From the NCBI GenBank assembly GCA_965219685.1, contig CBDCOH010000002.1, forward strand, positions 1,632,001 to 1,696,000: a stretch of 64,000 nt of DNA, written 5' to 3'. Origin of the DNA: Candidatus Spongiisociaceae bacterium. GTDB lineage: Bacteria; Actinomycetota; Acidimicrobiia; Spongiisociales; Spongiisociaceae. Shown in pieces: positions 39,477-49,507 of this stretch. Both the position numbers and the translations under genes were made by a program. The notes under the pieces are model-generated. The model saw only the letters and a list, made by a program, of their open reading frames with translations. It did not search any database and had not been told where the DNA came from. Each line of letters starts with the position of its first letter. The stretch's first letter is position 1.

Positions 39477-39561
39477 TGGTCGGTGTACGCGGTGATTCGC
39501 CGTGTCCCGCCAGCCGGCAAAGCCCTAGGCGGCGCATGCCGCGCCGCCAGAAGGAGGACTC

Positions 39562-40680
39562 ATGAGAATAGAGCGAATCCGGACTACGCCCGTCGCAGTG
39601 CCGATGGTCCCCGAACGGATCATCTCGGGGGCCGCGGGAACACACAGCCGATCCCCTTTCCTGGTCGTGGAGGTTGAGACCGACGCAGGGCTGACCGGTC
39701 TCGGTGAGGTGTCCTGCACACCGGTTTGGAGCGGCGAGGACTCCACCACGGCGAGCCACGTGATCGACTCGTACATCGGACCTGCCGTCGCCGGTCTGGA
39801 CCCCCGGGCGCCGGAGGCGGCCCTACCTGCTATCGACGGTGCGATCGCCGGTCACACCTTCACCAAGGCCGCCGTCGAGATGGCCCTGTGGGACATCGCC
39901 GGAAAGGCGGCCGGCCTGCCCGTCTACAGGCTGCTCGGCGGTCCTGTCATGCCGGAGATCCCCACCAAGTTCTCCGTGACCGGGGCCGCGCCGGACCATG
40001 CCGCGGAGGTGGCCTCGTGGGCGGTGGACCGGGGTTACCCGGCCATGAAGGTCAAGGTGGGCCGGGGCGGGGTTGCAGCCGATGTCGCCAGGGTGGCCGC
40101 AGTCCGGGAAGCGATAGGGGACCACATCGTGCTCGGAGTCGACGCCAACTGCGGCTGGAACCGGGCTGAGGCGGTGGCCGCCGGGCGGCGCCTGGAGGCG
40201 CTGGGGGTCTCCTTCATGGAGCAGCCCGTAGCGAGGCGCGACTACGGCGGGATGGCGGCAGTGAGGCGCCGGGTCGGGATGCCGGTGGTAGCCGACGAGT
40301 CGGCGGGCACAGCGGAGGACGCAGCGCTTCTGGCCGTCAACGAGTCGTGCGACATCCTCTCGATATACGTAGGAATGGCGGGGGGTATCGCCCCGGCCCG
40401 CCGCGTGGCGGCCGTTGCGACGGCTTTCGGATTGGGGTGGACAATCGGGAGCAACCTGGAACTGGGGATCGCTCTCGCTGCGCACATGCACATCGCCGCG
40501 TCCACCCACGGGTTCGACCGACGCGTCCCCGCCGACATCCTGAGCCCGTTCTACTACGAGGGCGACGTGATCGCCGAGCAGCTGGACGTGCGAGCCGGTC
40601 TCGCTGTCGCACCGGACGGGCCCGGGCTGGGGGTCAGTCTCGATCCGGACGCGCTGGAACACTACCGGGATGCCCGCTGA
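39562..40680 (+). CDS. enolase-superfamily enzyme, MLE subgroup
   Basis: AAVEMALWD, KVKVG, DAN, EQP, DES, GSNLE, PGLG. Confidence 0.9.
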   Translation: MRIERIRTTPVAVPMVPERIISGAAGTHSRSPFLVVEVETDAGLTGLGEVSCTPVWSGEDSTTASHVIDSYIGPAVAGLDPRAPEAALPAIDGAIAGHTFTKAAVEMALWDIAGKAAGLPVYRLLGGPVMPEIPTKFSVTGAAPDHAAEVASWAVDRGYPAMKVKVGRGGVAADVARVAAVREAIGDHIVLGVDANCGWNRAEAVAAGRRLEALGVSFMEQPVARRDYGGMAAVRRRVGMPVVADESAGTAEDAALLAVNESCDILSIYVGMAGGIAPARRVAAVATAFGLGWTIGSNLELGIALAAHMHIAASTHGFDRRVPADILSPFYYEGDVIAEQLDVRAGLAVAPDGPGLGVSLDPDALEHYRDAR

Positions 40681-41836
40681 ATCCGTCCTTGCGCGTCGGG
40701 CAGGCCCCGGCTTGCGCATAACCGGGATCACCGCCACCCCCGTCGAAGTTCCCCGGCTGGCCCGCTTCCTCCCCAAGACCGCGCACGGGTCGGTCCAGGC
40801 CAGCCGGTACGTAGTGCTCGAGATCGAATGCGGTCCGGGGAGGAGAGGACTCGGGGAGATCACCTGCGATCCCCTCTGGAACGGGGAGGAAGCCATGGAA
40901 ACCTCCAGGCTGCTGAGGGGTCCCCTGGGCGACGCCCTGCTCGGCGCCGATCCTCTCCAGTGGGCCGAGGTCTCGGCCCGGATCGACGGGACGGTCAGCA
41001 ACCGCCCGTTCCTGCGGGCGGCCGTCGAGATGGCCTGCCTGGATGTGGCCGGTCGGCGTTTCGGCGTGCCCGCCCATGCCTTCTTGGGCGGCGCCTACCG
41101 CAAGCGGATCAGCACCAAGCTCGTGCTTCCCGCCCGGTATGTCGAGACCGTGAGGGCCATGGCTGAGGACGCGGCCGGCCTGGGGGCTACGACCCTGAAG
41201 GTGAAGGTGGGGCTAGGTGTTGAGGAGGACGTCGCCCGGGTGGCGGCGGTCCGGGCGGCGGCCGGGCCGGACGTCCGGATCACCGTCGACGCCAACGAGG
41301 GATGGACCCCCGAGCAGGCCGGAACAGCGTTCGAGCGGCTGGCGCCGCTCGGTGTGGTGGCGGTCGAGCAGCCCCTACCGAGGGAATCCGCCGGAGCCTC
41401 CGCCGCGCTGCTGCGCGCGACCTCGATGGCAGTGATGGGCGACGAGTCGATATGGACGGAGCGGGATGTGGTCGAGGCTGCCCGACACCGTTCCTTCGAC
41501 ACGGTCAATCTCTATCCGGGCAAGTGCGGAGGGCTGAGGCGAACGATCCGGATGGCCGGCCTAGCCCGGGCACTCGGGATGGCCGTGTCGTTCGGCTCCA
41601 ACCTCGAACTCGGCATCGGGGCGGCGGCCATGGCCCAAACCGCGGCTGCGACAAGGGTCCTGAGCCCGGTGGTGCCGGCTGACCTCATCGGTCCGCTCTA
41701 CTTCGAGGCAACGATGGTCGAGGACGCGGGATTCGTAGGGTGGAGATCTTCCATGGTGCCCACCGGCCCCGGCCTCGGGGTAAGGCTCGATCGTGAGGCC
41801 CTAGACGCCTACCGGATCCGCGAGGACACGGACTGA
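40670..41836 (+). CDS. enolase-superfamily enzyme, MLE subgroup (second copy)
   Basis: AAVEMACLD, KVKVG, DANEGW, EQP, DES, GSNLE, PGLG. Confidence 0.9.
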   Translation: MPAESVLARRAGPGLRITGITATPVEVPRLARFLPKTAHGSVQASRYVVLEIECGPGRRGLGEITCDPLWNGEEAMETSRLLRGPLGDALLGADPLQWAEVSARIDGTVSNRPFLRAAVEMACLDVAGRRFGVPAHAFLGGAYRKRISTKLVLPARYVETVRAMAEDAAGLGATTLKVKVGLGVEEDVARVAAVRAAAGPDVRITVDANEGWTPEQAGTAFERLAPLGVVAVEQPLPRESAGASAALLRATSMAVMGDESIWTERDVVEAARHRSFDTVNLYPGKCGGLRRTIRMAGLARALGMAVSFGSNLELGIGAAAMAQTAAATRVLSPVVPADLIGPLYFEATMVEDAGFVGWRSSMVPTGPGLGVRLDREALDAYRIREDTD

Positions 41837-42582
41837 TCCGTCGCGGTCGGAACGATCGGGATGGTCTTGAGTGCTCCGACCCGCTCCAGCAGGCGGGGTG
41901 CCAACGTCTTCATCCTGTCCTTGGTCCACCGGTCGGTAGGTCCGGTGATGGAGACGGCTACCGGGTCCAGGTTGCTCCCGAGGCGGAAGCCGAAACCCAA
42001 GCAGCAGACTCCCAGGCGGCCTTCCTCGAAGTCGAGGCTGTACCCGCGGTCTCGGGTGCGCCGCACCTCGGCCACCAGGTCGTCGGCCGACGTGATGGAA
42101 AAGGGCGTTAGCCCTACCAGATCGAGCTTCACCACCAGGGACTCCAACTCGTCGTCGGCGAGAACCGACAGGTACGCCTTGCCGAGGCCGGAGGTATGCA
42201 TGGCGTCCCGGCTACCCAGCTGGCAGGAGACTCGCAGGGGGTTGGGACTGTCCACCCGACCGACGATCAGCATTTCCTGGCCATGGGGCACCGCCACGTG
42301 CACGGTCTCCCCGGAAATGTCGCGAAGCTCCTCCGCCAGTTGGAGCGCCTGCCGGAGAGAGGTCCCCGCGGCGGCCGCCTGACCGACGGCGATCAGATGG
42401 GGGCTCACCATGTAGGACCTACGGTCGTCGAGCACGATCCAGTCAAGTTCCCGCAGGGTGTTGAGCAGGCGCAGGGCGTTCGACTTGTGCACACCGATCT
42501 CGGAGGCCACATCGTCGAGCCTCACCCTTCCCTCGCGAGCGACGTACTCAACCGCACGGACTACCCGAGCCACGGTCTCCAT
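41809..42582 (-). CDS. IclR-family transcriptional regulator
   Basis: HTH IGVHKSNALRLLNTL, GETVH, HTSGLGKA, RGYSLDFEE..GVCC, AVSITGP. Confidence 0.92.
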   Translation of the reverse strand: METVARVVRAVEYVAREGRVRLDDVASEIGVHKSNALRLLNTLRELDWIVLDDRRSYMVSPHLIAVGQAAAAGTSLRQALQLAEELRDISGETVHVAVPHGQEMLIVGRVDSPNPLRVSCQLGSRDAMHTSGLGKAYLSVLADDELESLVVKLDLVGLTPFSITSADDLVAEVRRTRDRGYSLDFEEGRLGVCCLGFGFRLGSNLDPVAVSITGPTDRWTKDRMKTLAPRLLERVGALKTIPIVPTATDQSVSSRIR

Positions 42583-42676
42583 AAGAACCACTGCTCCTCC
42601 CTCGCGCGGCATCAGAACAGTAATCGATGGAATCCCCGAGAGAAACCCTTGCGCAAGAGCCGCCACTCCCGACCAC

Positions 42677-42739
42677 TTGACACGTTCGAGAGGCGGGCAC
42701 CAGAATTACCCACGCAAACGGGTTGCGCTGAGCGCAACC
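42677..42739 (+). promoter_or_regulatory. promoter TTGACA-N18-CAGAAT followed by palindrome GGTTGCGCT-G-AGCGCAACC (42721-42739)
   Basis: Perfect 9-bp arms, downstream of the -10 box, in the iclR/ABC divergent gap. Confidence 0.72.
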
Positions 42740-42784
42740 GCGTAGCTTATTCGGAGACTGGACCCTTTCACGGAGGAGGACTCG

Positions 42785-43999
42785 ATGAGGATTCGGGGAC
42801 GCGTTATTACGACGCTCGTGGCACTCGCTCTCGTGGTGGCGGCATGCGGCGAGGACGAGCCGGCGCCCACGACCGCAGCCGCGACAACGGCAGCGCCCAC
42901 GACCGCAGCCGCGACGACCGCGGCGCCGGCCACCACGGAGGCGATGGCCGAGGAGGCCATGAGCGCCTGTGAGGGGGCTACCTTGAGCTTCATCGGGCTC
43001 GACGGGGAGGCAGGAGAGGTCGAACTCGAGGCGTGGCGGGACGCTAACAACGTCGCCCTCGAAACCCATTGGCCGGGCAACTGGCCCCAGTTCGTCACCG
43101 CCATCAAGGTGGGCGACGTCTACGACCTGGCGACCATCGCCTACTTCCAGGCGCAACGCCAGATCGAGGCAGGCCTGTTCCACCCGATCGACACCAGCCG
43201 GCTCTCGAACTGGGACAAGATGTTCGCCGGCCTGCGCGAGAACGTTTCGTTGCGCGGCCCCGACGGTCAGGTGTACGGCGTGCCGATCGCCTGGGGCGAC
43301 GGTCCCTACATCTATCATCCCGAACGTGTCCCCAACCCGCCCGTGTCGATTCTCGAACTGGCCGAGCCGGAGTGGGAAGGCCGCTTCACCCTGTTCGACT
43401 CGGCGATCTGGCTGTTCTCGATGCTGGCCGTCGCGCTCGAGTTCGACGACGGGGTCGGTGAGCTGACGTACGTCACGGACGACCAGATGGAGGAGATCAA
43501 GGCCGAAGCGATCAAGATCGTGAGGAACGCGGCCGGATTTACCAACGGATACCGCGAGGCCACCGACGTGATCGTCGCAGGCGACTCGGACCTCAACATC
43601 AACGGTTGGGAAGCCATGCTCACCTGGGCGGAGGAGCAGGGTGAGACCCTCGACTTCGACTTCTTCGTGGAGTCGGGCGGAGGCGGCTGGTGGGACGGTC
43701 TCGCCATCCCCGTCACCGCGGACGACATCGAATGTGCCTACGAGTACATCGACCTGATGATCTCCGACGAGATAAACGCCCAGGTGGGCGAGAACCTGGT
43801 CTCGGGGGTCGTCAACGAGGTGTCGGCCGAACTGGCCGGTCCGGGCGCCCAGATATACGACTACGACCTGGTGCGGCCGGAAGTGCCGGAAGTGTCGTTC
43901 CGTGACCAGTCCCCACCGGAGGACGACGCAGCCGAGGAAGGCATCGCCTCGTACTCCGACTGGCTGGAGACCTGGGAGGAAGTCAAGGCAGAGCTGTAG
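42785..43999 (+). CDS. PotD/PotF-like ABC substrate-binding lipoprotein
   Basis: Lipobox VAAC, Ala/Thr/Pro linker, PIDTSRLSNW, YGVPIAWG, WDGLAIP. Confidence 0.85.
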   Translation: MRIRGRVITTLVALALVVAACGEDEPAPTTAAATTAAPTTAAATTAAPATTEAMAEEAMSACEGATLSFIGLDGEAGEVELEAWRDANNVALETHWPGNWPQFVTAIKVGDVYDLATIAYFQAQRQIEAGLFHPIDTSRLSNWDKMFAGLRENVSLRGPDGQVYGVPIAWGDGPYIYHPERVPNPPVSILELAEPEWEGRFTLFDSAIWLFSMLAVALEFDDGVGELTYVTDDQMEEIKAEAIKIVRNAAGFTNGYREATDVIVAGDSDLNINGWEAMLTWAEEQGETLDFDFFVESGGGGWWDGLAIPVTADDIECAYEYIDLMISDEINAQVGENLVSGVVNEVSAELAGPGAQIYDYDLVRPEVPEVSFRDQSPPEDDAAEEGIASYSDWLETWEEVKAEL

Positions 44000-44032
44000 A
44001 GGCGGACCTGCTCTCAGGTATATCCTGGAAGA

Positions 44033-44953
44033 GTGACAGATCTGACCGGAGAACCTCCGCGGGTGGACGACTCGGTGTCGTCCGCCGCGGGGGTTCTCGT
44101 CCGCAAGCGGCGCCGCGACCGGGTGGTGGCATGGCTCCAGTTGCTGCCGGGATCGGCGTTCTTCATCGCCTTCTTCCTGGTGCCCCTGCTGGGTCTGCTG
44201 GCGATGAGCTTCTTCAGGCTGGTCGACTTCGAGCCGGTCGCCGACTTCACCATCTCCAACTACGTCGAGGTCCTGACCAACAGCGTGCATGCCAGGCTGG
44301 CGTTGCGAACCGTACAAGCCGCGACGATCGTCACCGCGATCGTCCTCCTCGTCAGCTTCCCGTTCGCCTACACGTTGAACTTCGTGTTCAGGAGACACCG
44401 ACAGATCCTGTTCTTCCTGGTCCTGGTCAGCCTGTTCGGCGGGTACATCGTCCGGATCTACGCATGGCGGAGCATCCTGGGCAACCAGGGTGTGATCAAC
44501 CAGGGTCTCATGGCCCTGAGCATCGTGGACGAACCCGTCCGCCAACTCCTCAACAGCATGTACGCGGTGGGGGCGTCGCTGGTCAACTTCCTCGTCCCGC
44601 TCGGTGTGCTGCCGATCTACGCGGCGATGCAGAACGTCTCGCCGGGAATAGCCGAGGCCGCCCGCGACCTCGGTGCGTCGCGAATGCGGGCTGCCCGCCA
44701 GATCGTCCTGCCCCTGTCGATGCGAGGGGTACGGGCAGCCGCCGCGTTCGTGTTCATCGCCACCCTCGGCGAATGGGTCACTCCCCGACTGCTCGGAGGC
44801 ACCGAGGACCTGCTCATCGGCAACCGTATCGAGTACTACTTCGGATCGTCGCTCGAGTGGCCAGCCGGCGCCGCGCTCGCCATCACGCTGATCGTGGCGA
44901 TGGGCGTCGCCGCGTACGCCATCATGTCCCTGATGAAACGGTTGGCGCGATGA
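44033..44953 (+). CDS. ABC permease (PotB-like)
   Basis: VRIYAW..ILG.QGVIN, EAARDLGAS, TPRLLGG. Confidence 0.9.
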   Translation: MTDLTGEPPRVDDSVSSAAGVLVRKRRRDRVVAWLQLLPGSAFFIAFFLVPLLGLLAMSFFRLVDFEPVADFTISNYVEVLTNSVHARLALRTVQAATIVTAIVLLVSFPFAYTLNFVFRRHRQILFFLVLVSLFGGYIVRIYAWRSILGNQGVINQGLMALSIVDEPVRQLLNSMYAVGASLVNFLVPLGVLPIYAAMQNVSPGIAEAARDLGASRMRAARQIVLPLSMRGVRAAAAFVFIATLGEWVTPRLLGGTEDLLIGNRIEYYFGSSLEWPAGAALAITLIVAMGVAAYAIMSLMKRLAR

Positions 44954-45786
44954 CCGCGGCCGCGGCACCGGCACCGTCACCGGGAGGCTGGCGGCGAGGA
45001 CTCGCCAAGCTCCGGCGGCGGCCGATAGCGTCGGCCGGCTTCGTCGGTCTGGTTCTCATCTACCTGTTCGCGCCGCTGATCGTGATGGTGGCCTTCTCGT
45101 TCAACTCCTCCCCCCGGCTCAGCTTCCCCTTCGCCGGCGTGTCCCTGCGATGGTACGAGGAGATATTCACCGACACCCTGGTCCTTCGGGCGTTTCGCAG
45201 GAGCCTGCAAGCTGCGGTGGTTACCGCCGGAATCACCGGAATCCTGGGTCTGCTGGCAGGGCTGGGCATCCTCAAGATCGCCAAGCGAGCCAGAGGGTTC
45301 ATCCTGGCCATCTCGGCTGCTCCGCTCGCAGTGCCCGGGCTCCTGTTCTCGATCGGCTTGGCGATCATGTACCGGCAGTTGGGCTTCGACCGCTCGATCT
45401 GGGCGGCGACTCTAGGACATGCCCTGATCGCCCTACCATTCGTGTTCCTGGTGGTCGGCGCCTCGCTCGAGCGGTTCCGCTTCACGCTGATCGAAGCCGC
45501 CCAGGATCTAGGCGCAACGCGCTGGCATGCGTTCCGCACCGTCACCCTTCCACTGATCCTGCCTGCCGTCCTCGGTGCGATGATGCTCGCCGCGGCCATC
45601 TCCATCGACGACTTCGTTATCGCCTTCTTCACCGCCGGGCAGGACAAGACGCTGCCTCTCATCATGTACGGGAGGGTTCTGAAGGGCATAGATCCCACCC
45701 TGAACGCGATCGGTACAGTGATGCTCGTGCTGACCACCAGCCTGGCCTTCATGGCCGCCCGCCGGACGACTATCGGTGAACGATGA
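44950..45786 (+). CDS. ABC permease (PotC-like)
   Basis: AFSFN, SLRWY, EAAQDLGA, SIDDF, TLPL. ATGA coupling at 44950. Confidence 0.9.
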   Translation: MTAAAAPAPSPGGWRRGLAKLRRRPIASAGFVGLVLIYLFAPLIVMVAFSFNSSPRLSFPFAGVSLRWYEEIFTDTLVLRAFRRSLQAAVVTAGITGILGLLAGLGILKIAKRARGFILAISAAPLAVPGLLFSIGLAIMYRQLGFDRSIWAATLGHALIALPFVFLVVGASLERFRFTLIEAAQDLGATRWHAFRTVTLPLILPAVLGAMMLAAAISIDDFVIAFFTAGQDKTLPLIMYGRVLKGIDPTLNAIGTVMLVLTTSLAFMAARRTTIGER

Positions 45787-46913
45787 GCGACGCATCGCGA
45801 CAGGCCGATCCTCCCGCCATCCGTCTCGATGGGGTGACCAAGCGCTTCGGAGGCGTGATGGCGGTCGACAACGTCACCCTCGAGATAGAGGAGGGCGAGT
45901 TCTTCTCGCTCCTCGGACCGAGCGGCTGCGGCAAGACCACCACACTTCGCATACTGGCCGGTTTCGAGACACCCGATGAGGGTTCCGTCTACCTGCGGGG
46001 CGAGGACGTGACGCTGGTGCAGCCCAACAGGCGGGCGACCAACATGGTCTTCCAGAACTACGAGTTGTTCCCCCACATGACGGTGTTCAACAACGTGGCG
46101 TACGGCCTCAAGCTCAAGAAGGTCCCGAAACGGGAGATCACCCAGCGGGTCAACGAGATGCTCGAGGTGGTCGGAGTGGGCGGGCTCGGCAAGCGGGCGG
46201 CCGACCAGCTGTCGGGTGGCCAGCAACAGCGGGTCGCGCTGGCCAGAGCGCTGATCAACCGTCCCGCGGTCCTGCTGCTCGATGAACCCCTGAGCGCGCT
46301 GGACGTGAAGCTACGGAAACGGATGCAACTGGAACTCAAGTCGATCCAGCACTCCCTCGGGACCACCTTCGTCTACGTGACCCACGACCAGGAGGAAGCC
46401 CTGCTGATGTCCGACCGGGTAGGGATCATGAATCAGGGCGTGCTCCTGCAGGTCGCCGCGCCGCGCAGCATCTACGAAAACCCGGCGGACGACTTCGTCG
46501 CCGACTTCGTGGGAACCTTGAACGAGATCACCATCCGGATCGAGAAGATCGACGGCGGGCGGGGGCTGGTGACCTCCGGTGACCGGGAGCGGATCTGGAT
46601 AGACGTAGGGGGCGGAGCGTCTGCCGGCCAGACCGTCAGGTTGGCCGTGCGGCCCGAAGCCCTGAAGATCACTCCCCTGGACCGCTGGGATGCCGCGACC
46701 GATCTGAGCTACGTCGACGGGACGGTGTCCGACGTCATCTATCTGGGCCCCTTCACGCAACTCCTCATCGAGAGCGACCGGCTCGGGAGGGTGGTCAGCC
46801 AGCAGGTGAGCGATGCCCGGGCGGCGGCGATACGACCCGGCATGGAGGTGATGGTCAGCTGGGATCCCGACACGGCATTCATGCTGGCCGGACCCGCGGC
46901 TGACAGTCGATGA
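45783..46913 (+). CDS. ABC ATP-binding protein (PotA-like)
   Basis: GPSGCGKT, LSGGQQQR, LLLDEP, THDQEEAL, TOBE tail. Confidence 0.92.
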   Translation: MSDASRQADPPAIRLDGVTKRFGGVMAVDNVTLEIEEGEFFSLLGPSGCGKTTTLRILAGFETPDEGSVYLRGEDVTLVQPNRRATNMVFQNYELFPHMTVFNNVAYGLKLKKVPKREITQRVNEMLEVVGVGGLGKRAADQLSGGQQQRVALARALINRPAVLLLDEPLSALDVKLRKRMQLELKSIQHSLGTTFVYVTHDQEEALLMSDRVGIMNQGVLLQVAAPRSIYENPADDFVADFVGTLNEITIRIEKIDGGRGLVTSGDRERIWIDVGGGASAGQTVRLAVRPEALKITPLDRWDAATDLSYVDGTVSDVIYLGPFTQLLIESDRLGRVVSQQVSDARAAAIRPGMEVMVSWDPDTAFMLAGPAADSR

Positions 46914-47836
46914 CCGGAGACGGCGACCCCGTCCCCTCCATCGGCCGCGACGTCGTCGGTTACAGCTACACCGCCGACCAGGCTCCCCGCCTGACCGTCG
47001 AGGCGGGCGCGACCGTCCGGTTCGAGACCTGGGACGCGCGGGCCGGCGCGCTCCTCGACCGCGAAGCGGGAAGGCCGTTCGAGTTGCCGCGACCCACTCC
47101 GGGGCGAGGCAACCCGCTGACCGGACCCCTGGCGGTAAGGGGCGCCGAGCCCGGCGATGCGCTCCTGGTGACGATCGAGGGCATAGAGTGCATCTCCCCC
47201 GGATGGTGCGGTGGGCACGCGCACGTGGGACCCCTCCCCGCTGGGCGGATTCCTCGCCCCCGCGGACGGGTGTGCACGCACGACGGCGAGTTCGTCCACT
47301 TCGCCGAGGACGTGCAACTACCCCTCTCGCCGATGGTCGGCTGCATAGGGACGGCGGTGCCCGACGACCCGCCGAACGCGGGCCTTCCCGGCCGCCACGG
47401 CGGCAACCTGGACCATCCCGTCGTCACCACGGGGGCGGTGCTACATCTCCCCGTCTTCGTCGGCGGAGGGCTCCTGTACGTCGGCGATGTTCACGCCGCG
47501 CAGGGCGACGGTGAGCTCTCGGGAATCGGTTTGGAGATCCCGGCCGAGGTCACGGTGACGGTCGACCTCGATCGCGGCCGGGGCCTCAGATGGCCGTGGG
47601 TCGTGACCGAGGAACGCGTGATCGTCATGACCTCGGCCCTCGAGTTTGCGGATGCGAGACGGGAAGCCGTGGAACAGATCGTTCGAGTCCTCGAGACACA
47701 ACTCGGCTACGAGCCGGCAGATGCTCTCGGCCTCATCTCCGTCGCCGGCGACCTGCGGATCGGCCAGGCGTTCGGCGGGATGGAGATGACCCTGCGACTC
47801 GAGATGCCGAGTTCGCTGGGCATAGTGCCCGGATAG
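46910..47836 (+). CDS. acetamidase/formamidase-family protein
   Basis: NPLTGP..V.GAEPGD, PMVGCIG, HGGNLD, GDVHAAQGDGE, GLE. Confidence 0.9.
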   Translation: MTGDGDPVPSIGRDVVGYSYTADQAPRLTVEAGATVRFETWDARAGALLDREAGRPFELPRPTPGRGNPLTGPLAVRGAEPGDALLVTIEGIECISPGWCGGHAHVGPLPAGRIPRPRGRVCTHDGEFVHFAEDVQLPLSPMVGCIGTAVPDDPPNAGLPGRHGGNLDHPVVTTGAVLHLPVFVGGGLLYVGDVHAAQGDGELSGIGLEIPAEVTVTVDLDRGRGLRWPWVVTEERVIVMTSALEFADARREAVEQIVRVLETQLGYEPADALGLISVAGDLRIGQAFGGMEMTLRLEMPSSLGIVPG

Positions 47837-47849
47837 GAGGACGGTCCAA

Positions 47850-48383
47850 GTCGAACGCTGTCTGATACTGCTCCGGGGCATCAACGTCGGGGGCCACAAT
47901 CGGGTACCGATGGCGGAACTCCGGTCGAGGCTGGCCGACGCGGGCTACTCCGACGTGGTCACGGTTCTCGCGACCGGGAACGTGATCGTTTCGAGCCAAT
48001 CGCAGCGTCCCCGCGAGGTCGCCGCCATCGTGCAGCAGTTGCTCAGCGACGCGTTCGATGTCAAGGTTCCCTGCGTCGCGCGGACCGCGGGCCAGGTTCG
48101 CGGGGTGCTCGATCACGATCCGTTGCGGGAAGTCGTCTCGAACCCGTCGCTGTACCTGGTGAACTTCCTCTCCGAGGAACCCGCTCCGTCGTTGGTGGAG
48201 GCGTTGCTGGCGGAGGACCGCAGCCCCGAGGTCATCGCGATCGAAGGAACAGAGGCATACGTCTGGAGCCCCCATGGGGTCAGGGCCATGACCCTCTCGT
48301 ATGCGTACCTCGAGAAACGGCTCGGAGTCGTAGCCACCGCGCGCAACTGGAACACGGTGAAGAGGATCGCCGCCAAGCTCTGA
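47850..48383 (+). CDS. DUF1697-family protein, start codon non-canonical or lost
   Basis: LLRGINVGGHNRVPMAELR, ATGNVI, ATARNWNTV. The signature motif lies upstream of the first ATG (47910). Confidence 0.8.
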   Translation, partial: VERCLILLRGINVGGHNRVPMAELRSRLADAGYSDVVTVLATGNVIVSSQSQRPREVAAIVQQLLSDAFDVKVPCVARTAGQVRGVLDHDPLREVVSNPSLYLVNFLSEEPAPSLVEALLAEDRSPEVIAIEGTEAYVWSPHGVRAMTLSYAYLEKRLGVVATARNWNTVKRIAAKL

Positions 48384-48410
48384 TCCGGATCACTCGCGAT
48401 ACGCCGGCAT

Positions 48411-49436
48411 CTACACGCACCGCGCCACGACCGCGATGTGTTGGCCCTGCTGCACGGGCGCTCGCCAGGCGGCCGCTATCAGATAGCCGTCCACGCCGGC
48501 GCGCACCTGCCAGGGATCGTCGTCGATGCGATTGAAGTCGTGGAGCAGACCGATCACCTGGCCTTCTACGACGCCCGATCCGCACTCGAGGAGGGGTTCG
48601 AAATGTCCCGGCCAGGGCGCCGGCACATAGCACTCCCGGGCGACCGCCTCGACCACTCGCTGCGTTCCGGCCGCGTGGTGGGCTATCCGTTCTACGTCGA
48701 CGTTCATCTGACCGGCGAGGACCGCAGCCGCTACCACACCGTGGCGGGCGTAGCGAACGCCGTCGGGGCTCACCGAAGCACCCCAGCCGAACTCACCTCC
48801 CACCGAGATCTTCCCGGCTCGCTCGGCGTCGCTGGTCAGCAGGCCGGGAGTCCGGTCCTGGTAGGTGAGGATGAAGGGCACACCGAACCACCGGGCCATC
48901 TCGAGCATCGACGCTGCTTGCTGCACGTCGGGAACCCGATGGAAACTGGTCAGGGCTGCGAAACGGGCCACGTCGCCCCCGGCGTGGAGGTCGATCACTA
49001 CATGCACGTGGGGCCAGATACTGGTTCGTACGAAATCGGCGATGCGGTGCGTGATCCCGGAGAGGGCCTCGGAACGACCGGCTTCATCGACGAAGGCTCG
49101 GTTGAGGTTGACTCCGTCGGCGCCCACGCTCTCCCTCCTGCCCGACCGGAAGGCCGGAGGACTCAGGACGGGAACCAGCACGACCCGGCCGGCCACCGTT
49201 GATACGTCGATCTCCCGGAGGAGGTGCTTGAGAGCAATCGGGCCCTCGTACTCGTCACCGTGCGTGGACCCGAACGCAACCAACCCCTGCCCATCCCGCG
49301 CCCGTGATCCGACCCAGACGGTGAGGGGTATCAACCATTCACCCCAGAGGGAGTCGTGCGGAAGGGCGATCCAGTAGTCACGGCGCCCGGGCGACTCGAG
49401 GTCGAGGCCACCGGGTTCGACCACCCTCCTAGTCAC
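48411..49436 (-). CDS. succinylglutamate desuccinylase/aspartoacylase-family deacylase
   Basis: THGDEYEG, NLNRAF, IDLHAGG, GEFG. GGAGG before GTG 49436. Confidence 0.88.
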   Translation of the reverse strand: MTRRVVEPGGLDLESPGRRDYWIALPHDSLWGEWLIPLTVWVGSRARDGQGLVAFGSTHGDEYEGPIALKHLLREIDVSTVAGRVVLVPVLSPPAFRSGRRESVGADGVNLNRAFVDEAGRSEALSGITHRIADFVRTSIWPHVHVVIDLHAGGDVARFAALTSFHRVPDVQQAASMLEMARWFGVPFILTYQDRTPGLLTSDAERAGKISVGGEFGWGASVSPDGVRYARHGVVAAAVLAGQMNVDVERIAHHAAGTQRVVEAVARECYVPAPWPGHFEPLLECGSGVVEGQVIGLLHDFNRIDDDPWQVRAGVDGYLIAAAWRAPVQQGQHIAVVARCV

Positions 49437-49507
49437 ATACCCTCCGGGATCCTTGGATCGAACGGCTTCGTGACTGCCACCTGCCGGCGCACCCGCCGGC
49501 AAGCCGG

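Noticed and set aside
42548-44980. 810-aa minus-strand ORF
   Set aside because: Antisense to the ABC transporter genes, with no domain motifs.
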